Of a DNA stretch of 64,000 nt, positions 13,380 to 27,289 are shown in pieces. Made by a program: the position numbers and the translations under genes. This DNA is from Phoronis australis (taxonomy: Eukaryota > Animalia > Phoronida), in contig NMRA01000926.1 in assembly GCA_002633005.1 (NCBI GenBank), forward strand, positions 1 through 64,000. Reading direction: 5' to 3'. Within the stretch, counting starts at the first letter, position 1. Every line of letters starts with the position of its first letter. The notes below the pieces were generated by a model that was given only the letters and a program-made list of their open reading frames with translations, was not told the DNA's origin and ran no database searches.

Positions 13380-15290
13380 AATTACATTCCATTCTCAATA
13401 GTACTTGAGAGTATAATGTGCCCACTCTCAATAATATATTAATCAATGTGACGGTTGCAGAAGGGTTCCACATGCGGAACGGTTCCGCCAACAGAATAGT
13501 TTTTTGGAGAACACAATTTTTTAAATTCTCAGGACCAATACAGTTAAAATGCATTCCATAATCAATACCACTTGAAAGCATCAATGTGACAATCCTAATA
13601 ATAATTACTTGATCAACGTGACAGTTGCGGAACCATTCCGCATGCGGAGCCGTGCCGCAAAAAATACTTTTGTGATCCTCACAAGTTTTAAAAAATTTTT
13701 CTTGCACATTTCAGTTGAATTATACTCTGTTCTCAATAGCATATGGAAATATCAATGTGTCAACATGAGCATTGATTAATCAGTGGGGAACTTGCTGAAT
13801 GGTTTGTGATGCAGAAACCTACCTCAAGCAGACTCAGGGAAAAATCGACATATTGTCTATGACATTTTACTGCTTTTGGTAGAACCTTAACACAATCCAC
13901 GAAATATTCGAATCTTAACGTTCAACAAGCATTCAACATCAAAGTATCAGAATTTCTACCCCAACCATCATTAATTATTAAAAGTGACAGTTGCGGAACC
14001 GTTCCGCATGGGGAACCGTTCCGCAAACAATACTTTTGTGATCCTCACAAGTTTTAAAAAAGTTTTCTTGCCCATTTCAGTTCAAATATAATCTATTCTC
14101 AATAGCATATGGAAATATCAATGTGTCAACATGAACAATGATTGATCAGTGGGGAACTTGCTGAATGATTTGTGATGAAGAAGCCTACCTCAAGCAGACT
14201 CGGGGGAAAAATTGACATCTTGTCTATGCCATTTTACCGCTTTTGGCAGAACCTTAACACAAGCCACGAAATATTCAAATCTTAATGTGGAACAAGCATT
14301 AAACATAAAAGTATCAGAATTTCTACCGCAACAATAGTTAATAAATAAAAGTGACAGTTGCGGAACCGTCCCGCATGCGGAACCGTTTTGCATGGGGAGC
14401 AATTTCCCAAGCAAAATGGTTTTATGGGGTATTTCTTTTCACCAATCATCTTAAAATGCATTCCATTATCAATGCCACTTAAACTTTCGATGTGACAATC
14501 CCAACAGTAATTAGTTGATCAATGTGACAGTTGCGGAACCGTTCCGCACGCGGAACCATTCCGCAAACAATACTTTTGTGATCCTCACAATTTTTAAAAA
14601 AAATTCTCGCACATTTCAGTTGAAATACATTCTATTCTTAATAGCATATGAAAATATCAATGTGTCAACATGAACAATGATTGATCAGTGGGGAACTTGC
14701 TGAATGGTTTGTGATGAAGAAACCTACCTCAAGCAGACTCGGGGGAAAATTGACATCTTGTCTATGCCATTTTACCGCTTTTGTCAGAACCTTACACAAG
14801 CCATGAAATATTCAAATCTTAACGTACAACAAGCATTAAACATAAAAGTATCAGAATTTCTACCCTAACAATAATTAATTAATAAAAGTGACAGTTGCGG
14901 AACATTTTTGCATGCGGAACCGTTCCGCAAACTATAGTTTTGTGGAGCTCACACTTTTTTAAACTTCTTACACATTAAGGTTGAAATATATTCTATTCTC
15001 AATAACACGTGAAAATATCAATGTGTCATCATGAGCAATAATTAATCAGTGAGGAACTTGCTGAATGGTTTTTGATGCAGAAACCTACCTCTAGCAGACT
15101 CAGGGAAAATTGATATCTTGTCTATGCCATTTTACCGCTTTTGGTAGAATGTTAATACAAGATACGGAATATTCAAATGTTAATGTGCAACAATTATGAA
15201 ACGTAAATGTATAAGAATTTGTACCGTAACAATAATTAACTAATAAACGGAACACTTGCGGAACCGTTTCGCAGGACGTCAATTTTATAT
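13380..15290 (+). repeat. Tandem array with A-B-B higher-order period of ~904 bp
   Basis: The anchor gtgacagttgcggaacc recurs at ~13447, 13618, 13983, 14350, 14522, 14887 and ~15250, giving spacings of ~171, 365, 367, 172, 365 and 365. Confidence 0.85.
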
Positions 15291-17859
15291 TGCAACGGCT
15301 TCAGTAACATTTCCCGGTTAAATGGTTTTCTTACATCAGTGTTAGAGCACATTTTTCCATGATTTTTGGGTACCTCAAAATTGGGCATTTTGGCTTCTAT
15401 GCAAAAATGTAATCGAAAAAAATTAATTTTTTAATTTTTTAATTTTAATGTCCTGTGTATGTGCAATGACATGAGCAAAAAAGTAGGGTTTCCGAATTAG
15501 TTTTCAAGCTACAGGTATCTTAGCTCAAACAGAAAATTCACTTTCTCAAAAATATGCTAAATTTCACAACTACAGCTTTGATTCACCACATGATGATTTT
15601 GCCCTATTGATGGGAATGTGAAAAACGTTTAAGTTAAAGGGAATAAACTAACGAAACAAATTTCATCTTAAATGAATTAAAATTTGCTGGTGTACAACGA
15701 ATTATGATGCACACATGTACATGTATTGTGTCTGCACTTTTGTTTGTTAAAGAATTTATTTACGAATGAGTGGAAAGTAAAAATAGCAAAGTACCATTTG
15801 AATGACCACGTGATTCAACAGCCTAAAGGATGGAAAAATATTGTTCTTGTTTAAATAAGTTTGGATGTGCAAAAATGCGGCTGCCATAGTTTTGGGTTCT
15901 CCTTGTCGGTTATATCAGCAGATTCCACAATTTAGAACAAAAACAATTGCCAAGGTTGCCATTTTTCCAGTTTAACAAGTAGCGAAGTAAATGTTTTCAT
16001 CCTTTTTACTTTTGTTGAAAAATTTGACAAAATAAAATTTGACTGTTCCACCATATTGCGTTATAAATTGAGGAATCTTTACTTCTATGTATAGAGAACC
16101 TATCACTCTTGCCAAGGTGTGGGAAATCTTTCTTAGCCACTGAAGTTAAATTGCCAATCTCCTGTTGTCCTCTGCATGGTAATGTGATGTAAACAGAGCA
16201 ATAAATGGTCAATACAGCTTGGAGGTCAACCAGCCAGTGTGTCAACTGGTTTATAACAGTTAAACTTTGATTCAGAGTTTTTGAGATTGTACACCCAGAA
16301 ATTAGGAACCTGGTGAAAAGCAATGGTGTAAAACAGAGGTTTAAAGATGGTAAAAAGTAAAAGTGCAAACAAAGAAAAGAAAGAAATACAAATTTATCAA
16401 AGACAGAACAACAAATTTCAGGCCAAAAGAATCCTCAAATATAACACATGAATTGAATTTAGAGAATACAGTGCTTTTGTGACAAACTTGTTCACTGTTT
16501 TGGGTACTATAGTTGCTTAAACTGGTATGAAAAATGTCCATGAAAAATCCAGCATAGGATGAACTTAAAGTTTAATAAGTTATTATGCGCCTAAAATACT
16601 TTAATTCTAAGGTGATTGCATTAGAATTAAATGGTCAAGTTCTAAGAAAAAATGAGCAATGACCTAGCAGTGTGCATAAACATTGTTAGGAATGTATGAT
16701 TAGTTGCTTAAATTTACTATCCCTCTTGGTGAGTGACTGTCTATTCTCAAGCAGTTCTTTAGTCACCTGGCAAAGCCAACAATGCAGGGCATTAACTGAT
16801 GTTATCAGGCTTGGCCTGAGCTAGCTAATTCGGTTACATAACTGGATACCACTATGGGGATAGTACTGGTTTTGAAATGAAATGGGGATGGTCAACCACC
16901 ATTAGATATGACTGTTGAACTGCATATATGATCCATATGAAAATCTAAATTCATCAGCATCAATCAGTTTCACAACAGGCTAGTACATGTAGTTCATTTG
17001 TCACTTGCAATGTTAGTTTTTTCACTCTCATCAATGTTATCACCAGAATTAGTGAAGGTGGTGTGGGTTGCTCTTGCCAGTTCTTGTAGTCTGTCTTAAG
17101 TAATCAAAATTTGAGAAATTTCACCCACTCACTCTTACAGACATTCACACACATAATTTAAAAATGGTGATAACAAAGATAATAAAAATACCAATAATAA
17201 TAACACCAATAATAATAACACCTAGTAATTCTGATATTACTAATAGTAATTAGAACAATAAAAACATGTAGTTACTACTGCTATTATTACTATTTAAATG
17301 GCAAAGAAAACTGAGACTGTTGGGCTCTGGAAATGAAAAAAATATTATACCCCTATGTACATGTATATGGAATTGTGTGGTATTCAAAAGGCGTGGGTAA
17401 TGAGCTTCGATTTTTAAAAGAATTTCGACAGCGTTGTATACATGTAGATATAGAAAATCAAATGTGGCAAGAAGCTGTAAATTAGATACATATCAATTTT
17501 TCAAATTACATCTTGAAAAGGAAAATATTAGACCTAGAGAAACCGTGTATGAGGTCTCCACTGGTGCATATTTGATGCACAAATCATTCGCTGATGATAG
17601 AATGATAGAGCTGGGGCAACATTTTGAATGCTGAGAGAAGTTAAACTTCGTTCAAGTTGTGACATTCGAAAAATTGAAAACAAGTACCTGAATTTTTAAT
17701 AGAATTAGTTTTAAGATTCCAGTTGTCTCTTGAGAACTGTCCATATATTTTTCAAAAGTTATGCAAGCAAATGAAGAGATGTAAGTGAAAAGAAATGTTG
17801 TGAAGTTCATGCTTTTGCTAATAAGTGTAAATTGTCTGTACTAAAGGATGGTCGAATGA

Positions 17860-18445
17860 GAACATAATAATGAGGATAAGCTCCACAAAGCCATTGTTTC
17901 TAGAACCATTCTGCTTGCGGAACAAATCCGCAACAGTCACATTGATCAACTAATTATTGTTAGGATTGTCACGTTGATACTTTCAAGTGGTATTGAGAAT
18001 GGGATGCATTTTAACTTTATTGGGCAAAACAAAAACCCCGCAAAACCATTCTGTGTGGAAAATCGTTCCGCATGCGAAAAGGTTCCGCAACTCACATTTA
18101 TGAAATAATTATTGTTAGTGTAGAAATTCTGATACATTCATGTTTATGCTTTTTGCACATTAAGATTTGAATATTTCCTGGCTTGTGTTAAACTCTACCA
18201 TGAGCGGTTAAATGGCATAATCAAAATGTCAGTTTTCCCGAGTCAGCTTGAGGTAGGTTTCTACAAAACAAACCATTCAGCAAGTTCCTCACTGATTAAT
18301 TATGGTTCATGTTGACACATTGATATGTCCATGTGTTATTGACAATAGAATGTATTTCAACTTTAATTCGCAAGCATCAATTTAAAAAAATGTGAGCTCC
18401 ACAAAACCATTGTTTGCGGAACGGTTCCGTAACTGCATATTGATC
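17860..18445 (-). repeat. Inverted copy of the 13.4-15.3 kb array units
   Basis: Reverse complement of the A and B units (e.g. gcttgaggtaggtttct, cattcagcaagttcctcactgattaat, ttgcggaacggttccg). Truncated where the LINE relic begins. Confidence 0.8.
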
Positions 18446-18469
18446 ACCTACATGTACATGTACACACTC

Positions 18470-20562
18470 TGTCTTGATATAACACATTTACGTGACGACC
18501 AGTTTCTACTGCCAGTCTGTGGTTTGCACATCGAAAACGTGTAAAACTTTGCACGAACACTCTTGGAAGGTTTTCAATTTCTAAATAGTTTTAATGTTTA
18601 AATACAACCTTAAAATTTTTGTAATAGTTTAACTTAGAATTGAATCAACATTGGACTGCCATCTTTGCAAAGCTCAGTCCTTAACCCGTTGTAAGAAAAT
18701 ATTTACAAACGACTCTTGACACGCGACTCCTTGGTTTACCCAAATAAACCATATATTGACAATAAATTGCGGACTGAGCTTGCCCAATTATACACACGTC
18801 TACCGTTTTTATCTTGTCTGTACAACATTTTGTAAGCGGTCCTTGGATTACGTTCCTGTGGCTTGAAAATTTTAAACCAGTATTTAATACAGCTAACAAA
18901 ATATCTCGTAAACATAGGGTTTCTGCCACATTCACCCAATACTGCAGCGTTGGAGCAAGAACTGCCAAGTCCCAGGGTCCATATACAAAATATTAAATGA
19001 ATTTTTTTCTAAACACTCGTATTCTTTAAAACTCAAATATGGGCACCATAACACAATTTTGGGTACACCAGTTTATCAAATAACTGAAAGGCAAGTGATG
19101 GGGACATTATCGCGAAATCTGCGCTGTAGTTTCAAGAAAGAGTTTTTGTCGCTTTCGACCATGACAGTTTTGGTGTGAAAAATTACCACGATATTTAAAA
19201 TGAGATACAATGTCAACTTGCTGTTTGTTAAAAAACCATTTCTCATAGTGTCTTAAGGGACCTCCATTTCTAATACAGTTATTTTGGTTTTCTTTAAATT
19301 CACAGCCATACCCCATTAATCACGATAATCATTGAGACAATTCAACATACGTTGCATGTTAGACGCTGTTAGAGAGCACAAGACCATGTCATCTGCATAT
19401 AATAGTGAATTAATATTTGTAGCATGCTCATCTAAGTAGATGCTATGAATTGAGTTTTTCTAAAACCTCACTGAGATACAAAACAAATAGCAGAGGGCGA
19501 AAATTACATTGAACAACTTATGCAGAATCGGCGAAATGAATGTTTTGGTACATTTTAACAATTCAAAAGTAACTCCATCAATACCAGCGGCCTTGCCATA
19601 TGGGAGCTGATCAATGTTCTGGATAATTTCACAACACGAAATGTCTGCATTTAAATCATGTTGTAGGTTGTGGGTACACTTTTCACAGCAGTTATAATGA
19701 CTAGTCAGGCTATCGATGACAGTATTCATGAGTGAATAGCTAACAGGCACTTCTTGGTTTAACAGACTCTTAAAATAATCAAGCCATTTTTGGGGCGTAA
19801 TAGACGTGGCTGCGCACCTCGGAGGTTGCGTACTGAATTTGATCATTTTCCAAAATTCTTTTGGGTTGTTCCTATTCTTGGAAATACTTCCCAGTAACTG
19901 AGCTTCATAATTTTTCTCTTTTTGTCTATGCAAGTCACGGAACTGTTTTCTTTTAAAATTATAATTATCCATGTTTGAAGCGGATGTTTAACACCGAAAT
20001 CGACTTAAGGATTCTCGTTTAGCATTTTTGGCAGATTCTTATTCTTTATCCCACCACATGGGTTGATTTGGTTTCTTGCCTTTATTTTTTCCAATGATCG
20101 ACTCGTTTTTATGATTTGAAAATGTCAACACCGTCTGTAAATATATATCTGAAATACACTGAACCGCCTTGTCTACATCATTTTCTCCTAAATACTCTTC
20201 TATTGTCATTGCACAGTCGTGTAATTCGACTGAAAACGCGTGCAAGTATTCAACTGTTTTTGCACTACCCACTTTATGCTATGATGCGAGCGTAACACAT
20301 ATGTCTCATCACACGACGTACTAATTTTTTCTTCACGCTTAAAGCTTCATGTGATAGGCAAGTGATTTGACTCGTCCCAGACATCTACTTCAAAATTGTT
20401 TACAATTTCAAAAAAATCAGTAGATATGAGTAAATAATCAACTAAACTGCAGCCTCCTAAAGCAAAACATGTAAAATTACAACATGCATCATCTGGAAAC
20501 TGACCATTTACAATATGTATATTGAGTTCACAAAACATGTCAATGAGGGCGTTACCAAAGTT
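18470..20562 (-). mobile_element. L2/CR1-group LINE ORF2 relic, 3' part (host of the L1/Tx1 insertion)
   Basis: APE end (IVNG..FTC..GGCSLVDY..ESNHLPI), NNPKEFWKMIK, KAAGIDGV..LFNVIF, an internal RT deletion, a YADD region near 19395, and a C-terminal CIKYW..AYKML..NWASSVRNLL. Confidence 0.8.
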
Positions 20563-20599
20563 TTTTTTTCTTTTTTTGCTCTAGCATGATAATTACAAA

Positions 20600-23367
20600 T
20601 CATATAAAACAATGCACTATACATCGTTTAAATAACATTAAATCATTACTCAACAAGTACCGTATTTCCTTCAGGATATAATTTAATAAAGTTAATAAAC
20701 AATTCGATATTAAGATTTTTTTAACAATTTTTTGAATAAATATGTAATTTTTTGCTAGCATGATCAACAGGTTAATATAACCCTTTTCCGACTGAATGTT
20801 TCCCAAAAAACCAAAAAACACTGCTATCGTGTCCACATGAAAATTTACATTTATATGTTTGTTTTAACCAATCAGCAACCAGGAGCCAGAAACTGGAGAA
20901 AAGACGACATTCCCAAAACAGATGGAGAAAAGTTTCACTGTGTTCACCACAAAAAGAGCATAAATCACTTGTTTTTATTTTAAGTTTATGTAAATAACTA
21001 TTAGTTGGCAATATTCTGTGAATTAAGCGGTATTGAAACCAACGCAATTTTGTATCTTTTGTACAATTGAAGGGGAGTTTATTTACTTTTCTCCACCATG
21101 TATCAGAGTCACTAAAATTTATATTATTTATAACACCGTTGATATCTATCTTAGATGACCACTTGTTTTTATACTTACAAGCTGTCTGAAGTGACTGTAC
21201 CAAGGTGTCGTAAATATTTACCGCTTGTGATTTATTATGTAAAATTTTATACATATTTCTTGGAAACTTTGGAAAAAGATATTGTTTTGTCTATTTTTAA
21301 GACCCCTGTACGCTGCAAAGGTTGAACTTCTTAATCCATAGAATTCTAGTATTGGAGGTTGAAAGTTATAACTATTACAGAGTTGTTCGTATGACATAAA
21401 AGAACCTTCAGCATTAAACAAATCACACACACGATGGACTCCCCTTTCATACCAGGTCTTGTAGGAAATAGGTTTTCTACCAACCTTAATGTTTGAATTA
21501 TACCAATGGGGAGAGAAAATAATACATGTATTTTCATTTTTGTCACACAGATTGTCAGTGCCTTCAGCTATTTTTTTAAGGAAAGCGTCTCCCATTTTAA
21601 AAAAGTTATCAGCTTTACAGCCCAAAACTTCCTCTGCAAGGTCACGTATGGTATTTGGGGTGAATTGTTTACGAAGCCATGATATTTTCAAAGACTTAAT
21701 AAAAAAACATGAACCATTTTTAGACCACCATGGTCCTTATTTTGTACAATTGCGTTTCGGCAAACTCTGTCATTCTTCCCATTCCAAATGAAGCCAAAAC
21801 AACTCGCTCTAATTCCTGAATCATGTCAATGGAGGGGCTAGGGAGGGATTGAAGCAAATGAACAATCCCGGGAAATAAAAGTGTCTTAACCACGGTTATT
21901 TGACCTAAAACTGTAAGAATTCGTCTTGACCAAGAGCCCACCATTTTCTTAATTTCCAAAAACCTGCAACTATAGTTAATACCCGGAATTGTATTATAAT
22001 CAGTGGAGAAGTTTATTCCGAAAAACATGAAAGGTTTGTTGGTCCATAATAGGTTCTCATTGACACAAAGTTTTTCCTGAGAGTCCTTTTTTGAACCAAT
22101 CCAAACACATTTTGTTTTCTCGATGTTTGGCTTCAAACCAGAAAATTTCGCAAATTGGTCAATTAAATTCAAAGATGATCTAAGAGATAACTCAGAACCG
22201 TCCAAAATTAAACAAGTGTCGTCATCGTGCTGGATTAATTTAAACTCAGAAACGCCTATCCTGACCCCAGTGATGCCACCATCCCGACGAATTAAATTAC
22301 CGAATATTTCTACGCATAATAAAAAAGGTAAGGAGAAATGGGGTATCCTTGACGACAGCATCTCCCCATTTCAAAAAATTCAGAGAAAAATCCATGTTGC
22401 AGAACACAGAGACAAGATTTGTTGGATAGTGTTTTGACCGTGTCAATGAACCTTGGGCCAAAGTTAAAGCGTGATAATGCCTTGAGGATGAAAGAAAAGG
22501 AGACCGAGTCGAAAGATTTTTCAAAATCTATCATTAGCAGGAGTCCGGGAAAGGGTTTAAAGGCTAAAAATTGAATTGCATCATAGAAAATTCTTATGTT
22601 TTCTCCAATATATCTGTCTTTCACAAAACCTTGTTGGTTCTCGTGTATAAGGTGTCCGAGGACGCTTTTTAGGCGTCTAGCAATACAACCAAGTTTGTAA
22701 GTAATATTGGACGCCAATTTTTGATGAATTCTCTTGGTTTATTTTCCTTTGGTGTTTTTGAGATAATACCCTGTGTTTGCGTTGTAGATAATTCTTCTTT
22801 ATTGATACCTTCTTCAAAAGATCGGAACAAGTAATATTTAAGGTCTGGCCAAAAATTTTTAAAAATTCTACAGTGAAACCATCTGGTCCAGGACTTTTGC
22901 TGTTTTTTAAATATTTCACAGTCGCATGAATTTCCTCCAAAGTAATAATTTTTCAAGTTCGACTCTGTTAGACTGGTTCAGTTTAGGCATTGGGCACGAT
23001 GCCAAAACTTCATTTAAATTAACATCAACAAGGTCGCCGTCTTTACAGGAGTATAAATTTTTATAAAAAGAAGTGATCTCTGAGATGATAGCGGATTGTT
23101 CCTTGATTATCGTTATTGGATCTTAGTAGCTTAGCAAAATTTTGTTTTTCTAATGCACAAAAATATTTGGTTGGGTTGGTTTTTTCACTATTTTCAACCC
23201 AGTTGGCTCCCGATCTGACCATTACTCCATGGATGTGTTCTCTGCGATAATCCTCATATTCTGACTTCGTATTTTCCAATAGGACAGCGATTTCAGGATC
23301 GTCACTCTCATTGAACCTATCTTGTAAGGACATTAACTGTGCTTCCAAGTCTTTTCCTTTTCTATTT
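20600..23367 (-). pseudogene. L1/Tx1 ORF2 relic: RT and C-terminal CCHC zinc knuckle
   Basis: Frameshifted ORFs with KSPGPDGF, KNWRPI, NQQGFVKDRYIGENIR, IDFEKSFDSV, RGCRQG-like, QHDDD (for YADD), WFQYRLIHRILPTN and CSFC..ETFLHLFWEC. Confidence 0.9.
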
Positions 23368-26300
23368 TTACTTGGCGGAATTCTTCGAATTCCGACAAGT
23401 ATGTTGCTCTGTCGTCAAGTCTTTACTTGGCGGAATTCTTCCACCAAGTATGTTGGTCTGACAGAAAGTATTTTTTGTTGTTCGTACTCTACAGGTCGAA
23501 ATTTTCGTCCGATTTTCACGACGTATGAATTGGAAAGTCCTGGAAGCCTGTGGTTTTTGGTCCTGATCGAATACAAAATGGCGGACGTAGCGGCCATTTT
23601 GTATCCGATTTCACAGTCAAATGCTCGTAGAGGCCGCATTTGTCAACGTACATAGTTGAAAATCAAAACGAAAATACTAGAACGCATGTGCTAAGAGTGT
23701 GCCGAAAATCGTTGACTTCCAGTCAAAGATGGCGGAAATATTGGAAGTGGCGCATGCGCACCCCGAAATATGGCCAAACATGTTTTATCCTGTAGAGGGT
23801 GCATTTGCAAACCAATCACTTTCAAACTTTTCAGGTGTTTGTTTAATAAGCTTTTATAAAATTTTGTTTAACCGGAAGTCACTTTCAAGATGGCGGCTGT
23901 GGCGCATGCTCAAAAGTTTTCAATCGTTCTGGGGTCGCGTTTTTAACGGGAAGAGCAAATGATGTATTTTTGCATGTGGATTCCTTTAAGTATGCTTTTT
24001 CAAAAAGTATACGAGAGCGTATTTCTCAGACTTAATGTTTTCGAGTTATTTGACTTTGAATTTTAAAAACGGCAAATTTTCAATTTTTTCGAAAATTTTT
24101 GGATTTTTGCCAAACTATCACTTTGGATATAGTTTTGAACGGGCTTCCAGAAAATATTTTCCATTTTGCGTTACGAGGTCTACTTTTTGAATTATTCGAG
24201 ATTTTTGGATACCGTTGTTCCAATTCGGTCACCTAAGCAAGGAACCAGCTGGCTGGCTTTCAGTTCACTTTGTTTTGGTTATGCCTATATTTGTAGTTGA
24301 CCCAGACTGACCCAGCCAGCACTGTCCTGCTGTAGACTGGACCGTCATGTTGCGCCATTTATTGTTCTTTATTGTAGTTGATTGTATGCTCTATCAAAGT
24401 AGGTAGAGTTGTGGACGGGCTTTCAGAAGATATTTTCCATTTTGCGCTACGACGTCTACTTTTGAATTATTCGAGATTTTCGGATAACGTTGTTCCAATT
24501 CGGTCATCTCTGCAAGGGCCCAGCTGGCTGGCTTTCAGTTCACTTTGTTTTGATTATGCTTAGTTGACCCACACTGACCCAGCCAGCACTGTCCTACTGC
24601 AGACTGGACCGTCATGTTGCGCCATCTGTTGTTCTTTATTGTAGTTGATTGGATGCTCTCTATTTGATTTCTTTGCTAGTCACATGAACGTTATCCTGTT
24701 ATTTATAATTGCCGCCTTGATCGTCATGATTGTCGTCGTCCTCCTCATCGTCGTCGTTTCGATTAATTCCGCCAAATGTCGCTCCTCCGATCGCGATCGT
24801 TTTTTTTTGTTCGCACTCTACAGGTCGCAATTTTCGTCCGATTTTCACGAAATTTGCACACGACGTGTAGATCGGGAAGTACTGGAACGCTATTGTTTCT
24901 GGTCATGGCGGGCGTGGCGGCCATTTTGTATCCGATTTCACAGTCAAATGCTCGTAGAGGCCGCAGTTTTCAACGTACATGGCTGAAAATCGACACAAAT
25001 ATACTAGAACGCATGTGCTAAAAGTGTACAAAAAATCGTTGACTTCCGGTAAAAGATGGCGGAAATATTGTAAGTGGCGCATGCGTACTCTGAAATATGG
25101 CCAAAAACATTTTCTCCTGTAGAGGGCGCATTTGCGAACCAATCACATTCAAACTGGTCACGTGTTTGTTGAGTTTGATAAGCTTTTAGGAGGCACAGAA
25201 CAGTTCTCACTGGGTTTTGCCTAGCAAAACACACATCACTTGATTTGTAACCTTTTCTTCACTCTGTCAAAAACAGAATGCAAAGAATGGCATGTTTTCA
25301 ATTATTTCACATAAAAAGCCCAGCAGATGAGCACAGAAACTTTATTCTTTCTTGTATTTTTGACCATTTCATTCCCACTGAAAACCAAGCTAGACTAAGA
25401 AAAATATGGGCAAAAAAATGCAAAATCGGCACTTTTCACCCGAAAAACACCACTTCCCTGCCGATGCACGACTAAAACCAACATTAGAGTCTGAAAGCAA
25501 ATTTCCTACCGATTCCGAAAATGTGGTCCAAAAATACTGTCAACCAACTAGTTTTTTGGCAATTCTTTCTTGTTTGAGGGCTACCTAAAATCACAGCCAA
25601 TTTCTCGGTCGCTACCCAACAATGCACAATTGCAGCCGGGGGCCGCCATCTTGAAGAAGAGTGCAGCTACAGCCAAGAAAGTGGCCTTTTTTATTCACAG
25701 CATGTTCACAAATACAAACAAACCACATTCACTGAGCCTACGTGCAATGCCCACCTACAAAATGCCACCAAACTTGGCCTACCCCAAAATTTCTATATTT
25801 TGGGAGTGCAAATTGGCCGCGGCCGCAGCCTAACTATTCAGTGCCACCTTATAAATTTATTGAACCGGAAGTCACTGTAAATATAGCGGATGTGGCGCAT
25901 GCTCACACGGCTTCAATCGTTCTGGTGTCACATTTTTAACAGGAAGAGCAAATGACGTGAATTTTTGCATGTGGATTGCTTTAAGTATGGCCTTTCAAAA
26001 AGTCTGGGAGAGCGTATTTCTCACACTTACCGTTTTCGAGTTATTTGACTTTGAATTTAAAAAAAAACCGGCAAATTTTCATTTTCTTCGAATTTTTTTT
26101 TGATTTTTGCCAAACTATCACTTTAGATAGAGTTTTGAACGGGCTTCCAGAAGATATTTACCATTTTGCGCTAAGACGTCTACTTTGTGACTTATTCGAG
26201 ATTGTCGGATACCGTTGTTCCTTGGTCACCTATGCAAGCACGCAGTTGGCTGGCTTTAAGTTCACTTTGTTTTGGTTATGCCTAGTTGACCCCGATTGAC

Positions 26301-26618
26301 CCAGCCGGCACTGTCCTAGTGTAGGCTGTAGAATTCCAGGCCAAACACTTATTGTAAACATAACTTTGCTCTGCAGACTGTCACAAAGCGCCTACTATTT
26401 TGGAATGTGGGAACAAAGCATGGCTCGTCCGTCATATTGCGCTGTCTATTGTTCTTTATTGTAGTTGATTGTATGCTCTCTATTTGATTTCTTCGCTAGT
26501 CACCTGAATGTTATCCTGTTATTTATAATTGCCGCCTTGATCGTCATGATTGTCGTCGTCCTCCTCATCGTCGTCTTTTCGATTAATTCCGCCAAATGTG
26601 CTCCTCCGAGCGCTCTCG
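23368..26618 (+). mobile_element. Helentron-type (HINE-like) element, tandem dimer, inserted in L1 ORF2
   Basis: 5' TTTT-ACTTGGCGGAATT and 3' AATTCCGCCAA subterminal inverted repeats, each 3' copy followed by a hairpin and T-run (at ~24800 and 26618). Inserted in a T-run without a TSD; the host ORF2 rejoins across it. Confidence 0.75.
25189..25848. mobile_element. Harbinger-type MITE, TTA TSD (copy 1)
   Basis: TIR GG(A/T)GGCAC(A/T)GAA.AGTT with TTA on both sides. Absent from the sibling HINE unit at ~23850 (aagcttttataaa). Confidence 0.8.
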
Positions 26619-27198
26619 TTTTCTTTTTTCTTTTAAATACAATATGAAATAATTGCCGTTCGAATATTTAACAATAACTTCTCCAAAAACAATTGATCAC
26701 ATATATAACACTGAAGATTATTAGAGTCAATTGCATGTATTTTGTTCAAATCGTATATTGGAAGAGCATATTGTTTTTTCGTATACACAATCTCATTCTT
26801 GAGATCAATATATTCTTTGTCTTTTAGCAATGAGCTATTAAATTTCCAAAACCCCGGTCCTTTTTTGAAGGTAGTTAATTGTATAGTTAAGACGACGTTA
26901 TTATGGTCGATCGGTAGCCCGATTGTATTTCCACCTTTTCGATACGCGAGAGTAATTGGTGGGTAACAAGAAAATAATTTATTAGTAACCTAGCCTTTTT
27001 AACTGGATTTGTCCTGGACCATGTAAACTTTTTCGCTGAGGGATGATAAACACGCTATGGGTCCGTCAGATAAAGAGCCACCTTCATCTCCAGCATTTGG
27101 TCACGCGCTTTAGGATTATTTACTGAGACATAATTATGCCAATCAAGCTAAAAATCTTGGACCAAATTAAAATCGCCACAAACAACAACAAAATCGGA
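26619..27198 (-). pseudogene. L1/Tx1 ORF2 relic: APE C-half and linker
   Basis: SDFVVVCGDFNLVQDF*LD..NNPKAR..FTW..KARL..YFLV..GYRSDH..GPGFWKFNSSLLKDKEY..LLNIRTAIISY. It continues at 23367 across the HINE insertion. Confidence 0.88.
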
Positions 27199-27289
27199 CT
27201 TCCGGTAAAGTGACGCCTGCACAAAACGTGCGTTTTGCTGGTCTGTAAATTTTTAAAGTTATCTTCACCTTGCTGCTTGAAATGCGACG

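Noticed and set aside
13138-13707. 189-aa ORF with RNIPQNL repeats
   Set aside because: It is a translation of the 21-bp minisatellite and array units, with no domain.
13190-15290. CRISPR-like reading of the palindromic repeats
   Set aside because: The intervening sequences are repeated rather than unique spacers, the periods are wrong, the context is eukaryotic, and there are no cas genes.
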